Shown: positions 31,770 to 42,794 of the stretch, in pieces
How the letters are laid out: every line of letters begins with the position of its first letter
Numbering within the stretch: the first letter of the stretch is position 1
NCBI GenBank assembly: GCA_963662315.1
Contig: OY759353.1
Location: 2,592,001 to 2,656,000 of the forward strand
Reading direction: 5' to 3'
Length of the DNA stretch: 64,000 nt
Source: Geopsychrobacteraceae bacterium
GTDB taxonomy: Bacteria; Desulfobacterota; Desulfuromonadia; Desulfuromonadales; Geopsychrobacteraceae
Translations under genes and position numbers: made by a program
The notes under the pieces: generated by a model
What the model saw: only the letters and a program-made list of their open reading frames with translations
Told to the model about the DNA's origin: nothing
Database searches by the model: none

Positions 31770-34700
31770 TCAGGAGGCGTTGGCCTTTTTCCCGTAAATC
31801 AGCCAATAGACCACAGGAATCACAATCAGGGTAAATGCCGTCGAGGCAAACACCCCGAAAATGATCGACCAGGCCAGACCGGAAAAAATCGGATCGAGGG
31901 TAATGATCCAGTTGCCCAGCAATGCGGCTCCAGCGGTCAACAGAATCGGCCGCAAACGCACGGCACCACTTTCGATCAGAGCATCTTCCAGAGACAGGCC
32001 CCGCTTCACCCCGTGGTGAATGAAATCGATCAGAATAATCGAGTTCCGCACCACAATGCCGGCCAGAGCAATCATGCCGATCATGGCGGTTGCGGTGAAA
32101 AAGACCGGGGTATCATAGCCACCGACAGGGTTATTGGCGATCAGATTAAGTAGCCAGAAACCCGGCATTATACCGATCATGGTTAACGGAATCGCCGCCA
32201 TGATAATCAGTGGCATAACGTAGGAACCAGTCTCAATGAGCAGCAACAGGTAAATCAACACCATAGCGGCACCGAAAGCAATTCCCAGGTCGCGGAAAAC
32301 ATCAATCGTTATGTTCCACTCCCCTTCCCCGCTCCAGACAACCGAGGTCCCGTGGGGTAACGGATTATCATTGAAATATCTCTGTAAATTGAGAATTGCG
32401 TTGACTGGACTCTTGCCAGCCATTTCACCAAATACGTAACTGACCCGCTTGAGGTTCTTGTGATAAATAGTCGGTTCCAGACTCTGTTCAACAAAAGCCC
32501 CCAGTTCTGACAGAGGGATGAGGTTCCCCTGTTGGCCACGTAACTGCAGGTTATCAAGGGCCGTGATTGATGAACGTTTATCTAGGGGCAGCCTGAGCAC
32601 AATCGGTAACGGGTTACGCTCGCTATCAATATGCAGGGTCCCGATCTGAGCCCCGCCCAGGGCAATCTGCAACGTCCTGGCGACATCCGCAGTCGTAACT
32701 CCGGCCAGGGACAATTTATCGCGATCGGGAACAAATTGCAGCTGCCGTTGCGGATATTCGATACTGGTATCCACATCCACAACCTTGTCTTCCTGTGCCA
32801 TCCGTTGCCGAAGGATCTCAGCAGCGGCCAGCTGCCCCGTGTAATCAATCCCGTCTTCGGCGTACACTTCCGCCGTCAGGGTCGAAATAACCGGTGGCCC
32901 GGGTGGCAGTTCCACAATCTTGAGCAGCGCCCCATGTTTAGCGGCAATGGCGGTCAGTTCATCGCGTAGGCGCAGAGTCAGTTCATGGCTCTGCTCGGCA
33001 CGTTCCCCTTTGGGGACAATATTGACCCTGATATCCGCCAGGTTGGCCCCCTGGCGCATGTAATAATGGCGTACCATGCCGTTGAAATCAACGGCACTGG
33101 CGGTGCCGACATAAGCTTCGAAGTCGGTCACTTCATTCACCGTAGCCAGGTAATCCTCAAGATCACGCGCCACGGCATCGGTCTCTTCCAGGCTGACTCC
33201 TTCCGGCATATCGATAACCAGCTGGAACTCGTTCTTGTTATCGAAGGGGAGCATTTTCAGTGGCACCAGGTTCAGAGCCGGCATGGCAACAGAGATCAGG
33301 AACAGGGCAACCACCACGAGCATCAGTAACCAGGCCAGACCACGGTGCTTGATAAACGGCATCAGCAGCTTGCGATAGATGCGATACGTTTTGGTCTTTT
33401 CTAGGACAAAGTCCTCTTCTTCTCCTTTACCATATTCCCCCTTCAGCACATGGTAGGTCATCCACGGTGTCACCGTGAAAGCGACCAGCAACGACATGAC
33501 CATGGTCAACGGCAGGTTGACTGCCATCGGGCGCATATAAGGACCCATCATCCCGGTGATAAACAGCATGGGCAGGAAGGACAGGATAACCGCCAGGGTC
33601 GCCACGATAACCGGTGGCCGCACCTCGTCTACCGCGGTCAAAACCGCTTCACGGGGAGGTTCTTTCTTCATTTTGAAATGTCGGTAGATGTTTTCAACGT
33701 CAACGATCGGGTCATCGACCAGCAAACCCAACGCCAGTACCAGCGCGAAGAGGGTGACGCGGTTAATGGTGTAACCGAACCAGTAATTGACCAGCAGCGT
33801 CAGCGAGTAAATAATCGGTATCGACACCGCGACAATCAGGGCTTCACGCCAGCCAAGCGCAAACAGCACCAGGGCCAGTACGGTGACAATCGCAATCACC
33901 AGGTGGGTGATCAGTTCGTTGACCTTGTGGTTGGCTGTTTCGCCATAGTTACGGGTGACCCGGACCTGGATGTCATCGGGAATCACATCCCCCTGCAAAG
34001 AGTGGAGCTTGGCAATGACGTCCTTGGCGACGCTGACGGCATTGGTCCCTTTTTTCTTGGATACCGCAATATGCACCGCCTGATATTCCTTACCCGTCTG
34101 GGCAGCGCCTTCCGCCGGACCAAAACGTAACCGGGTGTAACTGTCAGGCTCAGCCATGCCATCTGTAACGGCGGCAACATCGCTTAAATACACCAAAGCA
34201 TTGTCACTGACAGCGATAATCAGGTTGCTGACTTCTGTTGCCGAGGTCAGAAAGCCACCGCCACGCACCAGAATTTCCTGATTATTCTGCTGATAATGTC
34301 CGGATGCGAGTTCCAGGTTGGCCCCGTTCAGCGCCTGTTGAACACTGAGGATATCAAGATGCCGTGCCGCCAGTGCAGCAGGATCAAGTTCAACCCTGAT
34401 CTGACGTGGCCGCCCCCCGATCACTTCTGTTTTCGAGGTATCTTTAACCGCCTGCAGACGGTCGACAGCCTCTTCTGCAACCCGGCGCAGCATATGATTC
34501 GACTGGGTATCGGAATAGAGGGTCAAATTGACAATGGGAACATCATCGACCTCAATCGGCCTGATTACCCAGCCCGTCACCCCCGGCGGGACGATATCTA
34601 TGTGGGTTGAGATCTTATTATGCAGCTTGACCAGTGACGCGATACGATCCTCACCAACGAAAAAACGCACCGTGACGATAGCCAGATCGGGACGCGACAT

Positions 34701-34979
34701 GGAATACACATACTCCACGCCATCGACCTGCCAAAGCAGCTTTTCCAGACGCGTGGCGACCTGTTTCTCAACTTCGGCCGCACTAGCTCCAGGCATGTGG
34801 ACGTAGACATCCGCCAGTGGCACTACGATCTGCGGTTCCTCCTCGCGCGGAGTGAGGGTCAAAGCCGCAATGCCGGCCAGAACCGCCAACAGGATCAGGA
34901 TGACTGAGAGATTTCCTTCCAGGAAGTGATCAACAATCCTGGTTGCAAAGGTATGTTTTTTTTCACTCACGGAACTCAC
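31770..34979 (-). CDS. RND efflux permease subunit
   Basis: 1069 aa; GLLVDDPIVDVENI, GIVVRNSIILIDF, RLRPILLT. Confidence 0.95.
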   Translation of the reverse strand: MSSVSEKKHTFATRIVDHFLEGNLSVILILLAVLAGIAALTLTPREEEPQIVVPLADVYVHMPGASAAEVEKQVATRLEKLLWQVDGVEYVYSMSRPDLAIVTVRFFVGEDRIASLVKLHNKISTHIDIVPPGVTGWVIRPIEVDDVPIVNLTLYSDTQSNHMLRRVAEEAVDRLQAVKDTSKTEVIGGRPRQIRVELDPAALAARHLDILSVQQALNGANLELASGHYQQNNQEILVRGGGFLTSATEVSNLIIAVSDNALVYLSDVAAVTDGMAEPDSYTRLRFGPAEGAAQTGKEYQAVHIAVSKKKGTNAVSVAKDVIAKLHSLQGDVIPDDIQVRVTRNYGETANHKVNELITHLVIAIVTVLALVLFALGWREALIVAVSIPIIYSLTLLVNYWFGYTINRVTLFALVLALGLLVDDPIVDVENIYRHFKMKKEPPREAVLTAVDEVRPPVIVATLAVILSFLPMLFITGMMGPYMRPMAVNLPLTMVMSLLVAFTVTPWMTYHVLKGEYGKGEEEDFVLEKTKTYRIYRKLLMPFIKHRGLAWLLMLVVVALFLISVAMPALNLVPLKMLPFDNKNEFQLVIDMPEGVSLEETDAVARDLEDYLATVNEVTDFEAYVGTASAVDFNGMVRHYYMRQGANLADIRVNIVPKGERAEQSHELTLRLRDELTAIAAKHGALLKIVELPPGPPVISTLTAEVYAEDGIDYTGQLAAAEILRQRMAQEDKVVDVDTSIEYPQRQLQFVPDRDKLSLAGVTTADVARTLQIALGGAQIGTLHIDSERNPLPIVLRLPLDKRSSITALDNLQLRGQQGNLIPLSELGAFVEQSLEPTIYHKNLKRVSYVFGEMAGKSPVNAILNLQRYFNDNPLPHGTSVVWSGEGEWNITIDVFRDLGIAFGAAMVLIYLLLLIETGSYVMPLIIMAAIPLTMIGIMPGFWLLNLIANNPVGGYDTPVFFTATAMIGMIALAGIVVRNSIILIDFIHHGVKRGLSLEDALIESGAVRLRPILLTAGAALLGNWIITLDPIFSGLAWSIIFGVFASTAFTLIVIPVVYWLIYGKKANAS

Positions 34980-36073
34980 TCCACGCGGGCGCCGTTGTGG
35001 GCGCGATCAACATCAGCGCTGATGATACGATCTCCGGCTTCAACGCCCGAGAGGACTTCACGGCGGTCACCAAAGCGACGCCCCAAGCGTACCAGGCGGA
35101 ACTTGCTAATCTTATCTTCAACCAGAAAAACTCCGGTCAGCTGTCCGCGTATCGTGACAGCAGCTTCCGGAATCAGTAACAGTTCCTCCGAGGGCAAAGT
35201 CCTTCGGGCCCGGGCGAAAATCCCGGTTGGCACGTCTTTGGCGTCGGCCAGCTCGATGATCACGTCATAACTGCGGCTGACCGGATCGCTGCCACCCTGA
35301 ACCCTGAGCACCTTGCCATCAATGACTTTTTGCATAGAAGGCAGTTCAACAGCCATTACGCTGCCAATTTTGATCTGCCCCAACAGCCGCTCGGGGACTT
35401 TGACACGGGCCTGACGTTTACCTTCACGATCAATAACCAGCAGTGGCGTACCTGGCAATACCGTTGCGCCCTGCTTAATCTGCACACTGATAATTTGCCC
35501 GGCAAACGGAGCGATGACACGATTGTAACTGTTCTGCTGAACTACCCGGTCACGCTCTGCCTTACCGCGTTCAACTTCCGCCACAGCGGCAGCAAGCTGC
35601 TGTTTTGCCATACTTAATTCGGCACTGATCTGATCATACTCCTGCGGGGTTACGGCCTTGGCTTTAAGGAGTTGCTTATAGCGGGCTGCCGTCTGCTCAG
35701 CCAAAGTCAGTCTGGCCTGGGCGGAATCCATCTGACTGGAAGCAACGGCAATAGCCGCCTCAGTGGCACGCAACTGTTCTTCTGCCGAGTTGTCACTGAT
35801 TTCCAGTAACAGCTGATTCGTTTTAACCAGATTTCCTTCACGAACAGCCAGGTTAGTCACTTTCCCGCTACTGCGCGATACCAGACGCGCCTGATCTCGA
35901 CTCTCAACCGAACCGACAAACTGCTCGGCACCATACTGTTTAACCGTTTCCACCACCATTGTTGGCAGGTGTACAACCTTAGCATCCTTACCTTCTGTGC
36001 GCCCTGGAGGAATGTCCTCGCCACAGCCGGACAAAACCAGAATCAGTAGGGATAATAAAATCATTCGTTTCAT
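34976..36073 (-). CDS. RND periplasmic adaptor (MFP), lipoprotein
   Basis: LSGC lipobox, coiled coil, IAPFAG. Confidence 0.92.
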   Translation of the reverse strand: MKRMILLSLLILVLSGCGEDIPPGRTEGKDAKVVHLPTMVVETVKQYGAEQFVGSVESRDQARLVSRSSGKVTNLAVREGNLVKTNQLLLEISDNSAEEQLRATEAAIAVASSQMDSAQARLTLAEQTAARYKQLLKAKAVTPQEYDQISAELSMAKQQLAAAVAEVERGKAERDRVVQQNSYNRVIAPFAGQIISVQIKQGATVLPGTPLLVIDREGKRQARVKVPERLLGQIKIGSVMAVELPSMQKVIDGKVLRVQGGSDPVSRSYDVIIELADAKDVPTGIFARARRTLPSEELLLIPEAAVTIRGQLTGVFLVEDKISKFRLVRLGRRFGDRREVLSGVEAGDRIISADVDRAHNGARVE

Positions 36074-36089
36074 CGTGCTGCCCCTTCCG

Positions 36090-37415
36090 TCAGTTCAAAA
36101 TCAGATCGGTGAAGGTACCGAGGATATAGTGTTGTTGAGCCAGGCTGCGAATCAGCTGAACCTTCGCCGTGACCAGATCCGCCCGACTTTTTTCGACTTG
36201 CGACTGGGCGGTAAGTAGTTGCGATAATGGCGTCAGACCATTGCGATAGCGACTGGCCAGCAACTGGTAACTCTCTTCTGCTGCAGCATAACCACTTTCA
36301 CTGGCGGCCAGTTGCAGTTCAGCCGTTTCACTATTTAAACGAGCCTGGTCAATGTCGAATTTTGCCTGATCAAGAGCCAGACGGTAACGTGCCTGTGCGG
36401 CCCGCTCATTGGCCAGAGCTTTGTTTGTGGCGTGTTTGCGACTGAAGCCATCGAAAAGCTGCCAGGTCAGGTTAGCCTGAACCATCCAGCTGTCAGCCCC
36501 GTCGGACAAGGGAAAGTCACGGTCATGCATCGACCAGGACGCCCCCGCATTGATACGAGGCAACCAGGCCGCCGTACTTTGCTGGCGCGCCAAGAGGCTC
36601 TCTTTGCGTTGTAGCTCTAGGGCCTTGAGATCCCCACGTTGCAGTTGCTGATTACTTGCCGGTGCAGTTATCAGATGAACATCAAGAGCTGCCGCAATAT
36701 CGACTGGCTGATCACCAATACCCATTTCCAGGGCCAAGCGCTTCTGTGCCAGAGCGAGGGCGTTCTCAGCACTGATCTGCAGACGTCTGCTCTCGGCCAG
36801 ATGGACACTTGCCGTCAGGGTATCGGCCTTCAGCCCGGTCCCGGCGCTCTCTTTCTCTGCAGCCAGGCGTTGAATCTCCTGCGCTTCGCGTACCGAACTG
36901 GATACCCAGTCGATCACTGACCGGCTGCGCTGAACATCGAGATAAGCGGAAAATACCCGCCAGGCAACCTGGTCACGCACTGCCCGCTCACCGGCACTGG
37001 CAGCTTGAGCGGAGACCTCGGCACGCTTTATCCCGTACCCGATATCCGGGTTGTAAACCGGCTGAAGCAGCTGCAGGCGGGTTTCAAAATCGTGGCGGTC
37101 CGGTGGATTGTTGTAGACATCTGGACTTTGACTCAACTGAAGGCGTTCCTGGTTAAGCCAGATAAACAAGGAACTTCCCGGTTCGTTCGTCCAGACAAAC
37201 TGTTCACTCAGGTTGACCCGGGGCAAGCGTTGGGAGCGTGCTTCCGCCACTCCTGCTTCAGCCGCTGCACTGTCCGCTTTGGCGACCAGGTAGAACGGCT
37301 GGTTAGCAAGACCCTGCTTAACCGCTTCTGTCAATGTATAGGATGACGCTGAAAACACCGGAAATGGCGCACAGAAAAACATAAAAACCATGAACAACAG
37401 TACAAGCCTGTACAT
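36090..37415 (-). CDS. TolC-family outer membrane protein
   Basis: Signal peptide, two LPR.N repeats, W.LFDG, RYRNG. Confidence 0.9.
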   Translation of the reverse strand: MYRLVLLFMVFMFFCAPFPVFSASSYTLTEAVKQGLANQPFYLVAKADSAAAEAGVAEARSQRLPRVNLSEQFVWTNEPGSSLFIWLNQERLQLSQSPDVYNNPPDRHDFETRLQLLQPVYNPDIGYGIKRAEVSAQAASAGERAVRDQVAWRVFSAYLDVQRSRSVIDWVSSSVREAQEIQRLAAEKESAGTGLKADTLTASVHLAESRRLQISAENALALAQKRLALEMGIGDQPVDIAAALDVHLITAPASNQQLQRGDLKALELQRKESLLARQQSTAAWLPRINAGASWSMHDRDFPLSDGADSWMVQANLTWQLFDGFSRKHATNKALANERAAQARYRLALDQAKFDIDQARLNSETAELQLAASESGYAAAEESYQLLASRYRNGLTPLSQLLTAQSQVEKSRADLVTAKVQLIRSLAQQHYILGTFTDLILN

Positions 37416-37719
37416 TTACCAACCTCCTGGAATAAACCTAATCGGCAGGGAGACTATCAATCGCATAAAATCAATAATTACAATATATAGTTTAATGAAT
37501 TATTTAGCAATACCCACAACGCTCAGAAAAGGTGCAAAACAATTATACATAATAATCTCGTAAAATTATGCAAAGCTCTGCGTTTAATTTTATTGAACTT
37601 CAACGATCAGTTGCTGCCATTCATATCTTCAAAAGCAACGGGTCAACAACCCTTATGACATTGCCAAAATTTGCAGACCTTGCTAAAAATAAAATCCCCC
37701 GAAAGGGTGGCGGAAAAAA

Positions 37720-37932
37720 TTGATAAAAGAACAGCCTGGGGCACCGGACCTGGTCGAATATCTTGAAGAGATCTCCCGCGAAATCGTCAAGACGCTGCCG
37801 CCCCTTCCACCGGGGGTCTCCTACAAACGGATCGAAGGCGATATCATAAAAATTCATAACGCCAACATGGAGATCCTGGAAGTCATCAGAGACTTAGGGG
37901 TGCCAGTACCTGAGCTGCCAAAAATCAAATAA
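37720..37932 (+). pseudogene. Probable remnant of an RcnB-like (LPPxPPG) protein
   Basis: LPPLPPGVSYKRIEGDIIKI....EILEVIRDL resembles the C-terminus of that family; no signal peptide, weak start. Confidence 0.4.
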
Positions 37933-38178
37933 CGACCTGAAAGCGTATCGGCATAGCGCATCTAACTACCAGAACATATCCTGCCAACAGGCCCCTTTTT
38001 TCGATATTGGAAAGGGATCTGTTGGTAGAAGCTTAAATTCTTAGCAAAATCAGTCAATCCCCTTGAAATGACAGAAGCTGTCGATGTAATTTAAAGAGCT
38101 TTAGACTGTTTTTTCTGCCTACAGATTTGTCACCATCGACTTATTGAACATCCGATCAAGGATTGAGGGGAGATCCGC

Positions 38179-40560
38179 GTGAAATTTTGTGACGAAGAGG
38201 AACAACTGAACAGTCCCCCCCCGCAACATTCAATTAAACCATCCTACCAGGAACTACTCAGTCGCATCAGAGAACTTGAAGAACGCGAAACCATGTACCA
38301 ATCCCTGGTCAACAACACGTCCGATCTCTTCTATCGCACGGATAAACACGGCAAGATCGTTACCCTGTCAAAATCAGCCTGTGACCTTTCCGGCTATACC
38401 TATGAAGAAAGTATTGGCCTTGACATGGCCAAGGATATTTACCAGTTCCCTGAGGAGCGTGATAAATTTATTGCCCTATTACAGCAGCATGGCAGAGTCA
38501 ATAATTATGAGGCACGCCTGAAACGTAAGGATGGTTCGGTCTGGTGGGCCATGACCAATGCCCATATTTATTATGATGCAGACGGGAACATGGCCGGTGT
38601 CGAAGGGGTCACCAGGGACATCACCGAACGCAAAATAGCTGAAGAGCAGCTGCGCCTCAGTGAACAAAAATTTAAAAAGACCTTTATCACCAGCCCTGAT
38701 GCAATTGGCCTTAACCGCCTTTCCGATGGTGTTTATCTGGAAATCAATGAAGGGTTCACCCGCATCTTGGGCTATACCCTGGACGATACTATCGGTGTCT
38801 CTTCTCTTGACCTGAATATCTGGAAGAATCCGGAAGACCGCCAGAAACTGATCAGACAGCTGCTAAAAAATGGCTTTGTCGAAAACCTAGAAGCAGAGTT
38901 TATCGCCAAAGATGGCTCTGTAAAGTTTGGTCTTATGTCTGCCAATATTATCGACATAGCCCAGGAACCGGTGATTATATCCGTCACCCGAGACATGACA
39001 GAGCGCAAACAAACAGCAGGAGATATGGCCTTTTTGAATTTTGCTATCAATCATATTCATGAAGGTGTCTACCTGTCCGATGAATATGGTCAGCTGAAAT
39101 ATGTCAATAATGAAGCGTGCAGAGAACTTGGCTACAGCAAAGAAGAACTACTGTCCATGTCCGTATGGGATATAGATGGGCATTTGGAGAAATCCAGCTG
39201 GCCTGACTTCTGGGCAGATTTCATAGTACAGAAAAAGGTGACTGTAGAATCCGTCCACCAGCGCAAAAACAGCTCATTATTTCCGGTTTCAATCAGTGCC
39301 AACTTTTTCGAATACAATGGCAAGGGCTATAATTTGGGGCTGGTCAGCAATGTCACTGAGCACAAAAATATGGAAATTCAGCGGCAGCACTTTGAAGAAA
39401 AGATGTTGCAGGCCCAAAAGCTCGAAAGCCTTGGCATTCTTGCCGGTGGCGTCGCTCACGATTTCAATAACCTGCTGGCGGCCATAATGGGCCACTCAGA
39501 ACTGACCAAGCGCCGCCTGCCCCCCGGTTCAGCAGCCATTGAGAACCTCAAACAGATTGAAAAAGCTGCCGAACGTGCTGCCGACCTGGCCAAACAGATG
39601 CTGGCATACTCGGGCCGCGGTAAATTTGTTCTGGAAACCCTCGATCTCAATTTTCTGCTGGAAGAAATGCTGCATATGTTGCAGGTCTCCATTTCCAAAA
39701 AAATTGTCCTTCGCCTTAACCCATTTAAACCCTTGCCTGCGGTTAGTGTTGATGCCACCCAGATACGGCAGATTATCATGAACCTGGTCATCAACGCTTC
39801 GGAAGCCATCAGCGATAAAAGTGGCGTAATCTCAATATCGACCGGCTGTATTGATTGTGATGAAAGTTACCTGCGCAACGTCTGGCTGAATGAAAACCTT
39901 TCTGATGGACTCTATGTTTATCTCGAAGTTGCTGATACCGGCTGCGGGATGAGCCAGGACACCCTCAAAAAGATATTTGATCCCTTCTTCTCAACAAAGT
40001 TTACCGGGCGTGGCTTGGGGATGTCGGCAACGCTTGGTATTGTGCGGGGGCATAAAGGGGCCATCAAGGTCTATAGTGAACCTGGCAAAGGAACATCTTT
40101 TAAAATCCTTCTGCCTGCGTCTGCTAAGCCGGCTGAACTTTTTAATCATGACGATCAGGAAGACAGCTGGACCTGCTCAGGCACAGCACTTCTGGTTGAC
40201 GACGAAGAAAGTGCCAGAGGGATCGGCATAGAAATGTTAAAAGAACTGGGCTTTCATCCCCTGGTGGCCTCCGATGGTAAAGAGGCTCTCAAAACCTATC
40301 AGGCAAACCCTGATATTCAATTTGTTATGCTCGACCTGACCATGCCCAAAATGGACGGAGAACAATGCTTCAGAGAGCTGAAGAAGCTGAACCCTGCAGT
40401 TAAAGTTATTATTTCAAGTGGCTATAACGAGTTTGAAGTATCGCAAAGGTTTGTCGGCAAGCATGTCGCAGCATTCGTTCAAAAACCCTATAAATATTCA
40501 ACCCTTAAAAAATCCATTAAACAACTTATGAGTCTTCGGGAAATCAGCAAAGACAACTAG
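38179..40560 (+). CDS. Hybrid sensor histidine kinase (3 PAS, HisKA, HATPase, REC)
   Basis: GGVAHDFNNLL, NLVINASEA, DTGCGM, FDPFFSTK, GRGLG, LVDDE..LDLTMP..KP. Confidence 0.95.
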   Translation: MKFCDEEEQLNSPPPQHSIKPSYQELLSRIRELEERETMYQSLVNNTSDLFYRTDKHGKIVTLSKSACDLSGYTYEESIGLDMAKDIYQFPEERDKFIALLQQHGRVNNYEARLKRKDGSVWWAMTNAHIYYDADGNMAGVEGVTRDITERKIAEEQLRLSEQKFKKTFITSPDAIGLNRLSDGVYLEINEGFTRILGYTLDDTIGVSSLDLNIWKNPEDRQKLIRQLLKNGFVENLEAEFIAKDGSVKFGLMSANIIDIAQEPVIISVTRDMTERKQTAGDMAFLNFAINHIHEGVYLSDEYGQLKYVNNEACRELGYSKEELLSMSVWDIDGHLEKSSWPDFWADFIVQKKVTVESVHQRKNSSLFPVSISANFFEYNGKGYNLGLVSNVTEHKNMEIQRQHFEEKMLQAQKLESLGILAGGVAHDFNNLLAAIMGHSELTKRRLPPGSAAIENLKQIEKAAERAADLAKQMLAYSGRGKFVLETLDLNFLLEEMLHMLQVSISKKIVLRLNPFKPLPAVSVDATQIRQIIMNLVINASEAISDKSGVISISTGCIDCDESYLRNVWLNENLSDGLYVYLEVADTGCGMSQDTLKKIFDPFFSTKFTGRGLGMSATLGIVRGHKGAIKVYSEPGKGTSFKILLPASAKPAELFNHDDQEDSWTCSGTALLVDDEESARGIGIEMLKELGFHPLVASDGKEALKTYQANPDIQFVMLDLTMPKMDGEQCFRELKKLNPAVKVIISSGYNEFEVSQRFVGKHVAAFVQKPYKYSTLKKSIKQLMSLREISKDN

Positions 40561-40585
40561 GCCAGCTAAAGGAGTGAACCTCTTT

Positions 40586-40981
40586 ATGACTCAACTCAAT
40601 CTTTTGGAAATATTTGCTGAGCATGCAACGGGCACACTGTCCACCGCAGACAGCCAGGGAAAGGTCGATGCCGCAGTCTTTGGTTCCTGCCGGTTGATAG
40701 ATGATAATACCGTCGCGGTGGGTCTTGGTAATAACCGTACCCTGGCCAACCTGAAAAGCAATCCACACGCAACATTGCTGTTTGCCACTCCGAGTCCCTC
40801 TGTCTTCAGCTGGCAGGGGGCGCGGATTTATCTTGAGTTAAAAGAACTTGTGGACACAGGTTCGCTGTTTGATGAAATGATCGCAGAGATTGAACGAAAA
40901 GCAGGGAAAATGGCGGCACGAACGATAAAAACCGTATCAACCTTCAGTATAACCGAGGTTCGCCCAATTGTGGATTTTTAA
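40586..40981 (+). CDS. Pyridoxamine 5'-phosphate oxidase-like FMN-binding protein
   Basis: LSTADSQG.VD.A, RTLANLKSNP; start could be GTG 40574. Confidence 0.8.
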   Translation: MTQLNLLEIFAEHATGTLSTADSQGKVDAAVFGSCRLIDDNTVAVGLGNNRTLANLKSNPHATLLFATPSPSVFSWQGARIYLELKELVDTGSLFDEMIAEIERKAGKMAARTIKTVSTFSITEVRPIVDF

Positions 40982-41050
40982 GGACAGGCACGTTCGTCAT
41001 TAGGACATTTAGAAAGGCCTCAACTCCTGAGATCTGAAACTTCAATTTTG

Positions 41051-41524
41051 TCATCGCGAAACGCACTGAGCGTGTCCGACCGTGGCACAGACATCCCGGA
41101 TCAGCTGGGGTAGTGCCGCAGCGACAGCCGGAGTCATATCAAGGGTATAATCGACCTGCTTAACCTGGATCCCAAACAGTACGACATCCTTAATAGGCCA
41201 AAGAGAATCGGCAAGGTGCAGCAGCCCGACAAGATCACCACTGTGTAAATCGAGTGGCTTAACCTCAGCCTGGGCACTGAGCAGCTGGGCCCTGGTCAAG
41301 CGAACGATAGTTCCGGGTTCCTGATGCATATCCACCGCATCAATCAGGACAAACCGCTCCGCCCCTTCAAACAGGGATATCAGGCTGATACCACCACTGC
41401 CACCATCAACAACATCAATAGCGCCTGGAAGGTTCAGTTTTTCAAGTTCACTGACTGCCCGGCAGCCAATGCCATCGTCCCCCCGCAACGGGTTGCCAAT
41501 ACCGATGATCCGCCAGCTATACAA
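41051..41524 (-). CDS. Hydrogenase maturation protease (for the group 3b enzyme)
   Basis: IIGIGNPLRGDDGIG, VVDGG, IDAV; TTG start overlapping upstream stop. Confidence 0.9.
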   Translation of the reverse strand: MYSWRIIGIGNPLRGDDGIGCRAVSELEKLNLPGAIDVVDGGSGGISLISLFEGAERFVLIDAVDMHQEPGTIVRLTRAQLLSAQAEVKPLDLHSGDLVGLLHLADSLWPIKDVVLFGIQVKQVDYTLDMTPAVAAALPQLIRDVCATVGHAQCVSR

Positions 41525-42794
41525 ACGACACCTGCAAAGCATGGGTGGAACAGCTGATACAGGGGTCATAAGCACGTATCAGCATTTGTAACTGTTGCGC
41601 CATCTCGCCGCGCGGCATGCCGAGCAACTGCGGGACCAGCGCCTTTAGATCATTTTCAATATTGGCCAGATTTTGTGCCGTTGGAATAATACAGTTAGCC
41701 ATGGCAATGCGCCCCCCTTTGTCATAACGGTAGTGATGGATCAAAGTACCACGCGGTGCTTCAATGGCAGCAAACCCCTCACCGAACCCCTGAGGAGCCG
41801 GAAGCGGATCCTGCCGCAGCCCTTCCAGCAATAACCGATCAATCAGGTGAATCGAAGCCTCAAAGCAGTTGACCACCTCGACGAGGCGAATCTTCATCAT
41901 GGCAAAGGGGTTGACGTCATCACGGTTAATGCCAAGAGCCTGCGCCACGGCCTGAGCCATGGGAGACAGTTCATTTCCCACGTTCTTATAGCGCGCCAAA
42001 GGCCCGACCATATAGCTGTCCGCCAGGGCACGGGCAAACTTGGCCGTAGAGTAAGGAACCAGGAATTCTTCAATCAGAGACTGATATTCACTGACATCAC
42101 CAGAAATACCCGCACTCGAATAGAGCTGCCCGGAAAGCAGAGGATAGACATCATCCTCTTTCAGACACAGATATTCAGTCGGTCGTTCAAATTTGGGGTA
42201 GGTAAATTCGGCAAACAGATCGACCAGATGCTCAAGGGTCGGCAAAATAGCCACCAGCTCTTTGCGCAACCCTTGCAATTCGCCAGGTTCCGGCAAGCGT
42301 GAAAAACCGCCCAGACACGGCGTCACCGGATGAATAGCACGCCCGCCGATCAAGCGGCAGATTTCACTGGCAATCTTTTTCAGGCGCAGTGCTCTGGTCA
42401 CCAGGTCACGCTGCGTGTACGCCAGCGACATAAGGCTACTGACCCCCAGGTAATCAGGCATGGCCATGAACACCAGTTGCAGCAGATGACTCTGCAGAAT
42501 TTCACCATAAGCCAGTAAACGCCGAAAGGCCAGAGTCTGATTACTGACTTCAATCCCCAAGGCCTGTTCCGTTGCCGCCAGGGATACAAGAGTGTGAGAG
42601 TTGGAGCAGATGCCACAAATCCGCGCCACGATAGGAGCAATATCAGTGAAATGCTGACCTTTCAGAAAGCTTTCGAAAAACCGTGGCGTTTCGACAATTT
42701 CGAGGCGACACTCTTTGAGAACCCCCTTGTCGAGATCAACAACCAGGTTGGCGTGCCCCTCAATGCGGGTCAGTTGTTTGATCTCCAGTTTCAT
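41517..42794 (-). CDS. [NiFe] hydrogenase large (alpha) subunit, group 3b-like
   Basis: TRIEGH, PRFFE, RICGIC, EAPRG, RAYDPCISCSTH. Confidence 0.93.
   Translation of the reverse strand: MKLEIKQLTRIEGHANLVVDLDKGVLKECRLEIVETPRFFESFLKGQHFTDIAPIVARICGICSNSHTLVSLAATEQALGIEVSNQTLAFRRLLAYGEILQSHLLQLVFMAMPDYLGVSSLMSLAYTQRDLVTRALRLKKIASEICRLIGGRAIHPVTPCLGGFSRLPEPGELQGLRKELVAILPTLEHLVDLFAEFTYPKFERPTEYLCLKEDDVYPLLSGQLYSSAGISGDVSEYQSLIEEFLVPYSTAKFARALADSYMVGPLARYKNVGNELSPMAQAVAQALGINRDDVNPFAMMKIRLVEVVNCFEASIHLIDRLLLEGLRQDPLPAPQGFGEGFAAIEAPRGTLIHHYRYDKGGRIAMANCIIPTAQNLANIENDLKALVPQLLGMPRGEMAQQLQMLIRAYDPCISCSTHALQVSFV

Noticed and set aside
38179..40560. Hybrid kinase as cognate partner of the hydrogenase activator
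   Set aside because: Separate transcription unit over 10 kb away, has its own receiver and no HPt; no sequence evidence for pairing
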